Notes under the pieces: generated by a model
Told to the model about the DNA's origin: nothing
What the model saw: the letters and a program-made list of their open reading frames with translations, nothing else
Database searches by the model: none
Shown here: in pieces, positions 37,002 to 49,219 of the stretch
Numbering within the stretch: position 1 is the first letter of the stretch
How the letters are laid out: every line of letters begins with the position of its first letter
NCBI RefSeq assembly: GCF_004010195.1
Contig: NC_057719.1
Location: 45,564,658-45,628,657 of the forward strand
Length of the DNA: 64,000 nucleotides
Reading direction: 5' to 3'
Source of the DNA: Chiloscyllium plagiosum
Taxonomy: Eukaryota
Made by a program: the position numbers and the translations under genes

Positions 37002-39184
37002 TTACCTCAAAGTCTTCAATTCAGAAGACAGGGAAAGCAAAAGCAATGCTCACAGCGGCTTTTAAAGTGAAATGTTGGATCCGCTCTGCAGGATTATGAA
37101 TTAAGATTATCCATCGGTGTTTTCAGAATTGGAGCAGTAGTACAATGAGGTGGAGATTGGACTTGGGTCATTTCTTTAAGTGAGAAAATGCAAGATCCGA
37201 CTTTGGCTTTAACTTTATCAGAAGGAAACAAAATTAGAAATAAAGTATAAATAGACCTGGATACCAAAGAGGGATTTGCAATTCAAACATGATTTATGGA
37301 CAGACTTTACAGAAAGGTGGCTTGTTGGAAACCTATGAGACGTAGTTCATATTTGATAAATGCAACAAAATAGGCAATCAGTCTTTGGAAGAATGCCTCT
37401 TGGAGGTTGAAAGGCTATGTGAAAGGTTAAGGAAATTTAATTTAAAAATCAGAGCGCCTGAGCTGGAATTTAAACCATTAGATTGTGCAAAGATCATGCT
37501 CACAAATAGATATTTGGTTTTGATGGCTGATCAATGTCCTGGTAATGATTTTTGAACAACTGGCTATTGCCCTAAAAAATCTTTAAGGAGACAATCATTT
37601 CCAGTGACCTCCAGGACAAGTAGGGAGTTCTGCAGTGAAACAGAGAATGGAAGACTCCATGATTACTCAGTCTCAAAGTCCAAAGGCATTGGTATAAAGA
37701 TGGAATTGTTGAAAGACATTTTGGAGAAAACCATACTTTAAATAATTTACCAAATCAAGACAAAATGTAGGATAGTGATGATAGCCAACAATGAATGAAT
37801 CCCAAAAATCCACAGGAAATAATGAATAGATGTTTCCAATTTGACTCTAAACATCACTGTCAGGAAATGCCCAAGGATAAGCGGTTAAGTAACTCTTGAA
37901 ACAGATGGTTTTGAGGGTGAATATGATAATGATGAACAACAGAAAATATAATGTTGGTGGCTGATGACTTACGTTGGCCCATAAGTGTTTTAGTTGCTGA
38001 TTCATCCAATTGTGCAGTACAAGATAGTGGCTGAACCTCATCAGTTTGTCATTGATTTGACTGAATTGTTATTTGTCAACCCTGGACAATGCCGATAAGA
38101 TAGAGTCAAAGAACATGAAAGCATTAATTGATTTCGATTTGGGGATAACAACTCATTATCATTTTTAAAGAGTGTGGTTCTCCCATGTGCAATTGCCTGA
38201 CTGCATCATTTCATAAGCACTGGTATCATCCAAAGTGGCATACCATTATTACAGAATAAATACTAGATGAAAAAGCAAAGTGTTTGGAAATGGGGAAGGA
38301 TGGAACTTTTGTATTTGGTGGGGGGATAAACTTGCAATTCATGGGATCTGGACATTGCTATACCCTTTTGAGGAAACTGAAACTCCAAAAAATATTGTTG
38401 GCCTCTCCATACTATTATATGGATTATATGGAAATTGCATTAACAATTTGCTCATCCTTCCTCATTTAATTAAAGCTACTGTTAAAGGATGCCTGACTAG
38501 TGGATACATAATAAGGATGTGATTTAAATTTGACATACACCAGCAGAAAGATGTTCATTAAAGCTGGGGCAAAAGAAAAACTTCGAGAATTGCGAAGTCA
38601 CAGCAGGCTATCTGGGAGCGATTTCAGTGTTGGTAACATTGTTTATTATAAGAAAGAAGGACATAGGGAAAGGAAAGGGTCAAGAAAATTTATTGGAATT
38701 TACAGAAACCTTTCATAATACAACATGGGAATCAGACTAGAGGTGCAATTGTCACTAATAATGGGGATGTGTTATAAATTTTTGAACTTGAAGCAAGTGG
38801 GAGAACGTGTTGATGATTAACCATGTATACATTTTAATCCTATAATTTCTACACTTTACAACCACAGGGACAGGACATAAGAGCTCAGGAAATTTGTATT
38901 GATATACATACTAAACAGAAAGATCATGAGAAAGCAATCCATTGGGTATGATTTGCCCACAGAAAGTTCACAGATAGTTTATTGTCCTGCAGAGTCATTT
39001 AACTGCAGGGTGGCAATGGTAAGGGTTGTGTAGGCAATCCCAAGGGAAAACAGAGAAACTGGATGAATGCTCAAGATGGAGTACAAGGAGAGAGGCCCAT
39101 TGATTGACATTAGGTATATGAGTTAAAAACTAGAAAACAAAGGCAAAGTATTGATTTGGAGGATAAGTTAGGAGGAAAAGGCTA

Positions 39185-40152
39185 TGTGCCATAAAGATGG
39201 CATCTTTTTATTTCATTCTTATTTTGTTGTGGACTGAATTGGGTAAAGGACTGTGTTTTATTTTTCGCAAAAGACAGACAAAGAATTGCTGCATTATTAA
39301 ACAGCAAGTTACTGAAACTCATTATGTGTGGTGTTCACTCTGCTGTTTTTTCAAACAGTGGGCGAAGATGCTTGTAGACAGACTGGTGACAGGAGTCTGT
39401 GTACAAAATTATATTTGCTGGTAACAAGTTGCTGATTTGTGGAGTTATAACCAGTTGTGGATGCCAAAGATCATCAGTCTGACAACATTTATCTGTTTGG
39501 CTCTTGGGTAGCTAAGCAGTTTGTGGGTGTGAATAATACTGGTAGAATCCTTCAGACTGCTAAAAGAATAGATGGTGTGTTTCCTTTTCCAGTAAAATAC
39601 CAAAAGCCTGAAGTAAATCAATTTATTTTCTCCAGCTAGTTGCTGTAAGCTGTTGCTCCTAATTAATAAGTCAGAGACTTTATCATTCATGAACTGGTTG
39701 CTGTGAGCCCATTGTGAAGAAGTGAGAGAACTTGAACAAAAAGATTAGAGGACATGGGAAACAAAACAAACATTCCATCGAATCCAGAGGACTGTGCTGT
39801 TGATTTGTTTCCCAAGTAATTTTCTTTCCCTCCACCCATACACCAGTATTTTATGTCTGTCTATGTCTGTCTGTGTTTATATAGGGAGTCTTAGAAAGCA
39901 TTTAAAGGTTTAACTAGTAGACTTACATGACAATAATTCATAGTTGTTTACTGGTGGTTAGAATCTATTTACTTGTAGTAAATAAAACTCTTGATATGTA
40001 CAGAAACCAGGTCAATGTTTACTGTTAGCTTGAGTCTAGCCAATGTGGAAATTGGAGATTTTGCATACGTTGATCACATTTTTAAGTTGTGCAAAGACTC
40101 CAGGAATAATGGGGCTTGATTTTGCAGTGTGCTACACCATTAAGGTGTGACA
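39185..40152 (+). mobile_element. Probable solo LTR nested in the copia element
   Basis: Non-coding ~970 bp block interrupting pol; TGT...ACA ends; AATAAA at 39981. No clean TSD seen. Confidence 0.6.
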
Positions 40153-42631
40153 GTATCGAAGACAGGACTTATAGCAGACATCCTGATATAAATAGTCTAG
40201 AGAGATGCAACATGCAAAAGCCAACAAGGCAACTGGATAGAATCGGGAATAGAGAGCCCAGAAGTAGAAGTCCCTATGATCAGGATGTGTTTGTAGCTAT
40301 TCCTATAAAGAGATAGAAGGATAATGAAAGAATTTAAACTAAGCAGTTAAAGAACTGGAAAGAACTTGGAGAATACTCAGAAGTTGATGATAGAGGTCAA
40401 CTTGCCTTGTCGCACAGATTGGTCCAAACAGGAAAAGTCCAGTTGGATGCAACTTATGCATGGACCTCATTTCTTGCTCTGCATCTTGAGAAGTTGGCCA
40501 GTTTCTCTTTTTGCTAACACATTCTAAGACTATGGCAACCATCCAGTCAAATTACTCTAATGCCAAGAAACTATTAGTGAACCGACTTTAGGCAAATGGT
40601 CCCCAAGGGATTGCTTTCTCATGATCTTTATGTTCAATTCATGTATTAGTTGAAAAATGTAGTAATCATGGAAGGCCCTGGGCTTCATCACCAACACATT
40701 CTCCCACGTACTCAAAGTTTACATAAATCCAAAGCTAGGTTATAGCCAGAAATTTCAAGGTATGCTCAGGGAAAAAGAGACTAGCATACATTCTTCTGCA
40801 GCTGGGAAGATATTTTTTAAACTATTTTCAGCCATTGGAACCACTTACTCTTCAAAGTGTATCTCCATAATATCAAAGCAGTGTCCCTTCAGGGTAAACT
40901 CCTCAAGAGTGAAGCATTCTTTTGACTGCCTGAGGGAGCACCAGAAAGAGAGGGGAAGCTCTGGAAATTGAATAAATTAGTTTATAGGTTAAGTGATGCC
41001 TTTTGGGTGTGGAACTTTTCAGTAAGGGCAGTTCTATTAAAATTAGGGTGTTCAGAATTACATGCTGACCAGCAACACTCTATCAACATTATAATGGAAA
41101 CTGTTTATGAGACATGTCAGCAATTATACGTGGGGTTGATGCATCAAGCAATGAAGAAAAGATTATCAACTGAATGGCATTTAAGCTGCTGGATCATCCT
41201 AAAATGTAGTTTGGAAATTAATCAGGATGAGTCAAAGGTAATTCTACATGGAGTCTCATTTGGAAAATGTCCATCCAATTAAGATGTGTCATACCAGATC
41301 TGCACAAAAAGATGAGGCTGCTACCAAGGAGGGGATGGAACAGCTGAAGAGTCTCAAGAGACAGCTGAACTGGTTGTACACACTGACAAGACCAGATGCA
41401 GGTTTGATGTGCTCAATGCTAATCTGGCCATGAAAAATCCAAACATGAGGGCATTTTGAGAGTTAAGAAAACTAATTAAAAATTCAAAATAGACAAGTGC
41501 ATGTTGAAGTTCTCAGCTTTGGGTGAACCCAATAGTATAATATTAATCACTTCTGTGATGTCTCAAATGCAAATCTTCATGATTGATTTTACAGCTAAGG
41601 AGGATTTGTAATTTTGCGTGCAGCAGAAAAAAATGGGACAAGTTTTTGGTTGGTTTTGAGACAAAATAATAAAGGATAGCAGTGAAATGCACATTAGCTG
41701 CAGAAAATCTGGCTGTCATTCATGTTGTTTACATAGTTTCTATTTGTCTGATATCTTGGATGAAATTCTCAATGTAAGAAAGGCCGAGGGAGCAAACCAT
41801 TAGAAAGTTACACAGGTCATCGGTTTTTGTGAGATAATGTACATTGTACAAAAGGCACAAGTGAGAAAAGGCTTAAGACAGATATAATCAGGTTAAAGCA
41901 GATTCTAGAGAGCAAAGAAATCTCTAAGCTGAAATGAATGGGCACTAGTCATCAAATATTAGATTGCTTCAATAGCAATAACACCTGGACAAAGAAATTC
42001 TTGAAGTTTCTAAAAGGATATCTCATTTTGTCAGAGTGAGAAACTGAAATAGTGTTTTATATCTTTGCATCCTTGCATAAAGTACTTTTCTTTCCTAAAA
42101 GAAATGAAATCTTTCAAGATTGGAAATTCAGATCCATTTAAGCCTGAAATGGAACTGCTCCAAAATTGGCTGACAACTGGTGACGATGATTGCACTTTGT
42201 GGTTAAGAGCGTGTTCTTTCCCCCTCCAACTCCATTTTGATTTTGACAGTTTGCATTGCCTGTAATGGGCTTTCCATATAAATATCCAATTGGCCACATG
42301 GTCTTTTACTGGTGGAGGTTAATAGTTAAAAACAAAAAAATGTCACAGTGATTTGGTGGTGTGGGAAGAACATGTTCAGTTGTGTGTGATCAGACTTTTG
42401 GATATTATTAAAAAAATGTTGAAAAGGAGTGTGTTCTTAGGGCCCTTGTGGTGCAGTGTAACCCAAGTCTCACCTGCTCCAGAGGTGCACACAGCGGTGC
42501 AGGGTTGATTAGAAAATATCTATAAAGGAGAGACAGCAGGGGGCATTTGTGGCACAGTGGTAGTGTCCCTATCACCAAGGCAGTTGCTCCAGAGGGCTGT
42601 AATAACACATCTGAACAGACTGACTTAAAAA

Positions 42632-43085
42632 GAGGTAAAAACAATGACTGCAGATGCTGGAAACCAGATTCTGGATCAGTGGTGCTGGAGGAGCACAGCA
42701 GTTCAGGCAGCATCCAAGGAGCTTCGAAATCGACGTTTCGGGCAAAAGCCCTTCATCAGGAATAAAGGCAGTGAGCCTGGAATGTGGAGAGATAAGCTAG
42801 AGGAGGGTAGGGGTGGGGAGGAAGTAGCATAGAGTACAATGGGTGAGTTGCCACATTGATGCCCTGGGGTTGAAGTGTTCCGAGGCGGAAGATGAGGCGT
42901 TCTTCCTCCAGGTGGTGAGTGAGCGGCGGTGAAGGAAGCCCAGGACCTCCATGTCCTCGGCAGAGTGGGAGGGGGAGTTGAAATGTTGGGCCACGGAGCA
43001 GTGTGGTTGATTGGTGCGGGTGTCCCGGAGATGTTCCCTAAAGCGCTCTGCTAGGAGGCGAGCTGAGTCCTTGTGGTTCTTGAAA
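42632..43085 (-). mobile_element. Penelope 3' end: GIY-YIG C-terminal fragment plus terminal repeat with hammerhead
   Basis: Minus ORF AQHFNSPSHSAEDMEVLG...HFNPR is followed on the same strand by CTGATGAAGGGCttttGCCCGAAACGTC. Confidence 0.88.
42729..42763 (-). ncRNA. Minimal type I hammerhead ribozyme motif (family 1)
   Basis: CUGAUGA-A-GGGC(uuuu)GCCC-GAAA-CG-UC; palindromic ACGU replaces a full stem III. Activity is not shown. Confidence 0.7.
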
Positions 43086-43865
43086 TGCAGTGGTAGTGTC
43101 CCTACCTCTGTATTGCAAGAAGTGAGTTGAAGTCCCGCTTGCTCTGAACGGTTTGATCAAAAAATGAGTTGACTTCTTAATTCAATTATGTAACTAGTGA
43201 CAGGTGATATGGTGGTAGTTTATGGAAACAAATGCTGAGTTCTTTACCAATGGGATGCTGGTTTCTGGGGTAGGGAAAGAATCCAGAAGGGAAGAATGGA
43301 AACTGATATTTGTGCTAAACTGTAGATTTATAGTAAAAACCCTATAAAATTATGAAAGTCTTTTGCTCACGAATGTGTTACAAAGCTTTTTTTCTAAAAG
43401 CTGTTTCTTTTCTCAAGGATACTGTGTCCTTGGTTTTTATCAGAGTAATTGTAAACAGCTCCCAGTTCCAATTAGATTGGTTTGGTAAGGAGATTAAAGA
43501 GTATTGAGAGGCCTTTTTGTTTATACGTAAACAGATAAGACTTCAGGCCAAAGTGGTCATGTTTAGAAGTGACATGTATAATGAAAGAGGAGTGGTCAGC
43601 TCTCTAGCTGAGCAGTTCAATCCAGAACTAGTTAGGAGTTCAGCTGTGTGAAACCAGGCTACAAAACTCTGTCTCTCTTCTTCTGCCCTTCTAACTTCAA
43701 CCTGTAAGCATTTGTTCCATTTTTGCTGTTTTTTAAGGGCGTTTGCTTATTGGGACTGTTGTGAGGAAATGAGAGATAATTACAACAGTAGCTCAGCATT
43801 TAAACTTGTTGGTGAAACCATCAGAATCTATAGAGATGTCAAGAATTTGATTGCAAATGAAGCAG

Positions 43866-44091
43866 AGCTGAAAATGTGTTGCTGGAAAAGCGCAGCAGGT
43901 CAGGCAGCATCCAAGGAACAGGAGAATCGACGTTTCGGGCATAAGCTCTTCTTCAGGAATCTGAAGAATTTCGGGCTTATGCCCGAAACGTCGATTCTCC
44001 TGTTCCTTGGATGCTGCCTGACCTGCTGCGCTTTTCCAGCAACACACTTTCAGCTCTGATCTCCAGCACCTGCAGCCCTCACTTTCTCTCA
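43866..44091. mobile_element. Penelope family 1 hairpin insertion in the gag region
   Basis: Inverted arms. 14-bp TSD tgcaaatgaagcag at 43852-43865 and 44092-44105. Confidence 0.9.
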
Positions 44092-44229
44092 TGCAAATGA
44101 AGCAGCTTGAGTTAGAGGTAAGAGATAAGGAAAGGGAGCAGAAATAAAACAGTTTGAGTTACAGTTAGAAGCAGGAGAGGGAAAAAGGGAGAGCTTTTGA
44201 ACACCAGAAACTGACACTTAAATAAGAAA

Positions 44230-44617
44230 AAGTGAGGTCTGCAGATGCTGGAGATCAGAGCTGGAAATGTGTTGCTGGAAAAGCGCAGCAGGTCAGGCAG
44301 CATCCAGGGAACAGGAGAATCGATAATAGGAGCAGGAGTAGGCCAAAAGATCAGCAAGGTAGCCTATGTGTGGAATCGCAGGAGATGGAGGCGATTCTAA
44401 ATAAGTTTTTTGCATCGTGTTTACTGTGGGGAATGAAGATATAGATTGTGGGGAATAAGATGGTGCCCCTCCCCCAAGTCCCTCCTCCCTACCTTTTATC
44501 TTAGCCTGCTGGACAAACTTTCCTCATTTCTGAAGAAGGGCTTATGCCCGAAACGTCGATTCTCCTGTTCCCTGGATGCTGCCTGACCTGCTGCGCTTTT
44601 CCAGCAACACATTTCCA
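44230..44617. mobile_element. Penelope family 1 inverted-arm insertion enclosing a CR1 fragment
   Basis: Arms 44230-44322 and ~44465-44617; middle translates KDQQGSLCVESQEMEAILNKFFAS (CR1 ORF2-like). 14-bp TSD acttaaataagaaa at 44216-44229 and 44618-44631. Confidence 0.85.
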
Positions 44618-45691
44618 ACTTAAATAAGAAAGTCAGCTTAAAAGCCTCGAGATAAACGCTGAAGGTAATAATAATGAGGAAGTAGTGCAAACTCATGTGG
44701 AAGAGCAAAGATTTAAAATGACAATGCGTAGCAGCTGAAGTGGCTGATGATTATGAGCTGGTGCATAAAACACGGTTTGGCTTCCAGAGTGAATGTCAGC
44801 CCATGAAGGATAGAAATTGGGGCAAAGAGAAATCCTCACGTGGAAAGGGAAAGGTAAATCTCAGTGAAGATCATTAGGATAACTTACCATAGAGTAAAAA
44901 GGAAACCCTTGAAGGGGACAAAGAAGGTAAAATAATCCGGTGGTTTCATTGTAACAAAGTGGGCCACGTGAAATCACAGTGTTTGTGGGCTAGGAGAAAG
45001 CCAGATATAGGAAACCTGGACAAGCCTAGAAGTTTTGTTGGCATGGTAACAGAAAGCACAGTGGAGACTAGAAAGCTGCATCAGAGTGCACAAGCTGATC
45101 ACAGGTTGATTAAGGAGGAGGTGCTAGATCTTCTTAAAAAATATACCTCGAAAGGTAAGATTTAGTCACAAAAGTCAGGAGTCGCAGGTAAAGACATTAC
45201 AATATTATGGGACACAGGATCGTCTCAGTCTGTAATGCTAAAGGATGAGGAGATATGTACTCCTAGGGACTATTGCCAGAAAATGTGCTGGTAACATGAA
45301 TTCATGGGAGACAAAACGCACTCAGTTATATAAAGTGAGGCTAGAGAGTCCAGAGAAGAGTGGAGAATTTGTGGTAAGAGTACTAGACAAACAGTCAGCT
45401 TCAAGAATACAATTTGTCCTTGCAAATGATATAGCTGATTCACCAGTAGGTGTGCTGCCTACTCTAGTTGAAAAGCCAGCAGAGACACAGGCAACTGAAG
45501 AAATTAAGGATGTTTATCCAGGAATTTTCCCAGATTGTGTGGTTACAGATCACAGAGGCACAGCTGAAGCAGGAGAGGTCAAAAGACACAGATAAGGAAA
45601 CTGACATAGCTTTATCTGAGACTTTTTTGATCAGATAAGTGGGACAAAGTAGGAGCATCTAGGTAAATATACAAGTATCTTTAGCTCTGCT

Positions 45692-46900
45692 GTGCGTATT
45701 GGGTTACAGCAGAAAGATGAGTACTTAAAGCAGTTACATCAAAAGGCATATACAGAAAAGGAGACTGAATGCATCCTTGTGTGTTATTACTTAACAAATG
45801 ATGTCTTAATGAGGAAATGGACACCATCATACATTCAAGCAGATGAGAAATGGGCAGAGATTCATCAAATTGTTTTGCCAGTAGGATATAGAAAAGAGGT
45901 AGCACATGAGCTATTACTTGGAGGTCAATTAGGGGTGTGGAAAACACAGGCTAAAATACAAAGACATTTTTATTGGCCTGGTCTACACAAGGATGTAGTT
46001 GAATTCTGCCAGACATACCATACGTGTCAACTAATTGGAAAACCACAGGCAGTAATAAAACTTGCACCTTTAATGCGTATTCCAGCATTTGAGGAACCTT
46101 TCACAAGAGTCCTGATTGATTGCATAGGTCCTCTACCTCAAACAAATAGAGGGATTAAGTACTTATTAACAATAATGGATGCATCGACTAAATTTCCAGA
46201 GCTAATCCCAATTCACAACATCGCAGCTAAAAGGGTTGCAGAAGAATTAGTTACATTTCTTACGAGATACCAATAGAGGTCTGGTCAGATCAAGGATCAA
46301 ACTTCACATCCAAACTATTCAAGGAGGTTATGGATAACTTGGGAATAAAGCAATTCAAATCTACTGCATATCATCCAGGGTCACAGGGAGCACTAGAGAG
46401 ATGGCATTAAACATTAAAGACCATGGTGAGGGCCTATGGTCAGGATTACCCAGATGATTGGGATAAGGGAGTTCTGTTTGTACTTTTTGCCATCAAAGAT
46501 GCACCAAATGAATCAACCAAATTCAATCCATTTGAAGTAATGAAGTAGGAGGACCATTAAAATTGATTAAGGAGAAATTAATAAGTCAGAATTCAGAAAC
46601 CACCCATTGGGACTATGTGTCAAATTTTAGAGAACGATTAAATAGAGCTGGAGAGTTGGCTCAACAGCATTTAAAAGTACCACAGCATACAATGAAAAGG
46701 AAGTGGATAAGATATCACAAATTCGCAATTTTGCTATTGGGGATGTGTTATTGGTGTTACTTCCAGTAATTGGTGAACCTTTAAAAGCAAGGTTTTAGTG
46801 GACCTTATCAAATCGAGAGGAAATTGAGTGAGGTAAACTACTTGATAAAGACGACAGACAGGAAGAAATCTCAGAGAGTGTGTCATGTGAATATGCTCAA
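45692..46900 (+). pseudogene. Integrase domain of the Gmr1-like element, disrupted
   Basis: AHE..GQLGVWKT..FYWPGLHKDVVEFCQTYHTCQ, LIDCIGPLP, SDQGSNF, and a GPY motif at ~46800. Confidence 0.9.
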
Positions 46901-47099
46901 AAGGTATTTTGATAGGGAAGGAAAGCAAGAGGAGAAGGTGTTAATGATCGCTGCACAGAAGGAAGAACCAAGTTCAGAGGATTATGAATTGGACATTCCT
47001 CAAATCAAATTGGACAATGAGGAAGTTGTAAAACAATTGGGATAAATTAAAGAGTTACCTTCCACAAGAAAATTGAAATGACCTGACAGAGTTATTACT

Positions 47100-48395
47100 A
47101 TCACATGGGGAGATACGCGGAAATAAACTGGGACATACTAACCTAATTGTGCATGATGTAGAGATAAGAGATGGTGTTCTGATTAAGTAACATCCTTATA
47201 GGCATAACCCTCCAAAGTTGGCACAGGTTCAATCTGAGATAGAGTGCATGCTCCAAGATGGCATAATCAAAGTGAGTTACAGTGTTGGAGCTCACCCATA
47301 GTCATGGTCCCAAAGCCAGATGATACCCAACATTTGTGTTTAGACTATTATAAAGTCAATGCCGTTACATAGCCTGATGCATATCCAATTCCACGGTTGG
47401 AGGACTGTGTCAAAAAAGTGGGACAAGCAACTTACATTTCTCAGTTGGACTTACTCAGAGGCTACTGGCAAGTACCTCTGTCAGAGAGAGCAAAGGCAAT
47501 TTCAGCTTTCGTTACGCCAAATAGACTAAATCAGTTCAAAGTCATGCCATTTGTTATGAAAAATGCTCCAGTCACATTTCAGAGACTGACTAATATGGTC
47601 ATTGCCGGAGAACCCAACTGCGTGGTGTATATTGATGACCTGGTGGCTTTTAGTCACTCATGGAGGGAACATTTAAGGCATTTATTGGACTTGTTCAATC
47701 AACTTCGGAAGGCAAGCTTGGTGGCAAACCTAGCTAAACGTGAACTTGCCAAAGCCAAAGTCACCTTCCTGGGCCATGTTATTGGACATAGACAAATTGC
47801 CCCATGGGATGAGAAAATGAAAGTAATTGGGAATTTCCTACACGGTCAATGTAAAAAGCAGTATTACGGTTCCTGGGATTTTACCGAAAGTTAGTGCATA
47901 ACTTTAGCAGTATGGCTGCTCCACTCACCGAATTGTTAAAAAAGGGCAAGAAGTTTCAGTGGACAGTGGACTTTCAAAAGACATTTGACAGCCTAAAGCC
48001 TTAACCACTGCCTCAGTATTAGCCACACTGGATTACACAAAGCCTGTCAAGTTGGCTATCGATGCCAGTGATGTGGGTATTGGTGCAGTGCTCCTGCAGG
48101 ACAATGAAAAGGGAATAGAAAGACCCATCTGGTATTTCTCCAGGAAGTTGAATGTTCATCAACAGAAATATTCAATGGTGGAGAAAAAGACTTTAAGCTT
48201 GGAGTTGGCAATACAAATTTCAATGTTTATATACGTATACACTGATCATAACCCATTGACATTTGTTGAAATAATTTAAGAACAGAAATGCCAGACTGTT
48301 TAGATGGAGCTTGTTATTGCAGCCATTCAATTTGCCAATTGTGCACATGGCAGGTTGCGAAAACGTGATTGCCGATGTGTTATTGAGACTTGAAT
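47100..48395 (+). pseudogene. RT and RNase H of the Gmr1-like element, disrupted
   Basis: LDLLRGYWQVPL, VMPFVMKNAPVTFQRL, YIDDL, VTFLGH, YFSRKL, ENVIADVL. Confidence 0.92.
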
Positions 48396-49219
48396 GAGAT
48401 ACAGAGGCGTTCGGTGACGGGTGTGCCATGGCCTAAATTCACATGTAGTTGTGTATGTTTGCATGTTCATAGTTGGTATAGTATATATGTGTGTTTTAGA
48501 TTACTAACCAGTTTGCTTTTGAAGAGTTTTAAAAATGAAGTCATCTTTTGATAATGATGGTTCACTTTTTTTAAGGGGGGAGGTGTCACAAAGCTGGTCC
48601 TTTTTTTTCTAAAAGCTGTTCCATTTCTCAAGGATAATGTGTCCTTGGCTTTTTTCAGAGAGGTCGTAAACAGCTGCCAGTTCCTATCAGGCTGGTTTGG
48701 TAAAGAGATTAAAGGGTATTGTGAGGTCTTTTTGTTTATATGGAAACAAATGTGACTTCAGGCCAAAGTAGTCATGTTTTAGAAGTGACCTGTATAATGA
48801 AGGGGAGTGGTCAGCTCTCTAGCTGAGCAGTTCAGTACAGGCCTAGTTAGTTCAGCTATGTGGAAACAGGCTGTGAAACTCTTTCTCTCCTTATGCCCTT
48901 CTATCTTCAACCTGTAAGCATTTGTTCCATTTCTATTGTGTTTTAAGGGGGTTTGCTTATTTGGATTGTTGCGTATATTCAGAACAGTATAATTAAGTCT
49001 AGTTTGGATAGACTGATGTCTGTAGGAGTTCTTTATTCTGTTCTTTATGTTCATTGTGTTATTTTGTGAATAAATCTTTGTCTGTTTTAAAACCTAGTAG
49101 TCAACCTAGCTAACTTACTATAATTTTCATTGTACACTGGCTGAAACAAATTGCAAAATTATAGTCTGGGCTGCAAACTTAAGACTGTTTTGAGTGGTCT
49201 GGCTAGTCCATAACAACAT

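Larger units (their letters stand above)
36545..43375 (+). mobile_element. Decayed Ty1/copia LTR retrotransposon, GalEa-like
   Basis: Order seen: primer site 36988; gag with knuckle remnant RCFQFDSKHH (~37830); protease NCAVQDSG (~38010); integrase C-terminus FSVGNIVYYKKEG (~38630); copia RT KNWKELGEYSEVDDRGQ, KSKARL, LWKLNKLVYRLSDA, QLNWLYTLTRPD; RNase H end EKRLKTDIIRLKQIL..QILDCF (~41870-41970). Direct-repeat similarity between 36855-36955 and 43270-43370 suggests LTRs. Confidence 0.82.
43376..49215 (+). mobile_element. Gypsy-superfamily LTR retrotransposon, Gmr1-like order PR-INT-RT-RH, decayed
   Basis: 5' LTR 43376-~43762 (truncated); 3' LTR 48584-49215 (TGTCA..TAACA); PPT aagggggggagg-like run at 48573-48583. 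Knuckle WFHCNKVGHVKSQC at 44941; protease ILWDTGS at 45202; integrase 45692-46900; RT YIDD at ~47630; RNase H DASDVGIGAVL..TDHNPL to ~48395. Confidence 0.93.

Noticed and set aside
42060..42300. Minus-strand YLYGKPITGNA, resembling a complement C3 or alpha-2-macroglobulin motif
   Set aside because: It is a single short motif without a proper splice acceptor, and could be chance or rearranged element sequence.
16277..44708. Recurring peptide MCCWKSAAGQAASREQENRRFGHK as a small gene family
   Set aside because: It is the translation of the Penelope terminal repeat and appears on both strands because the inserts are palindromic.
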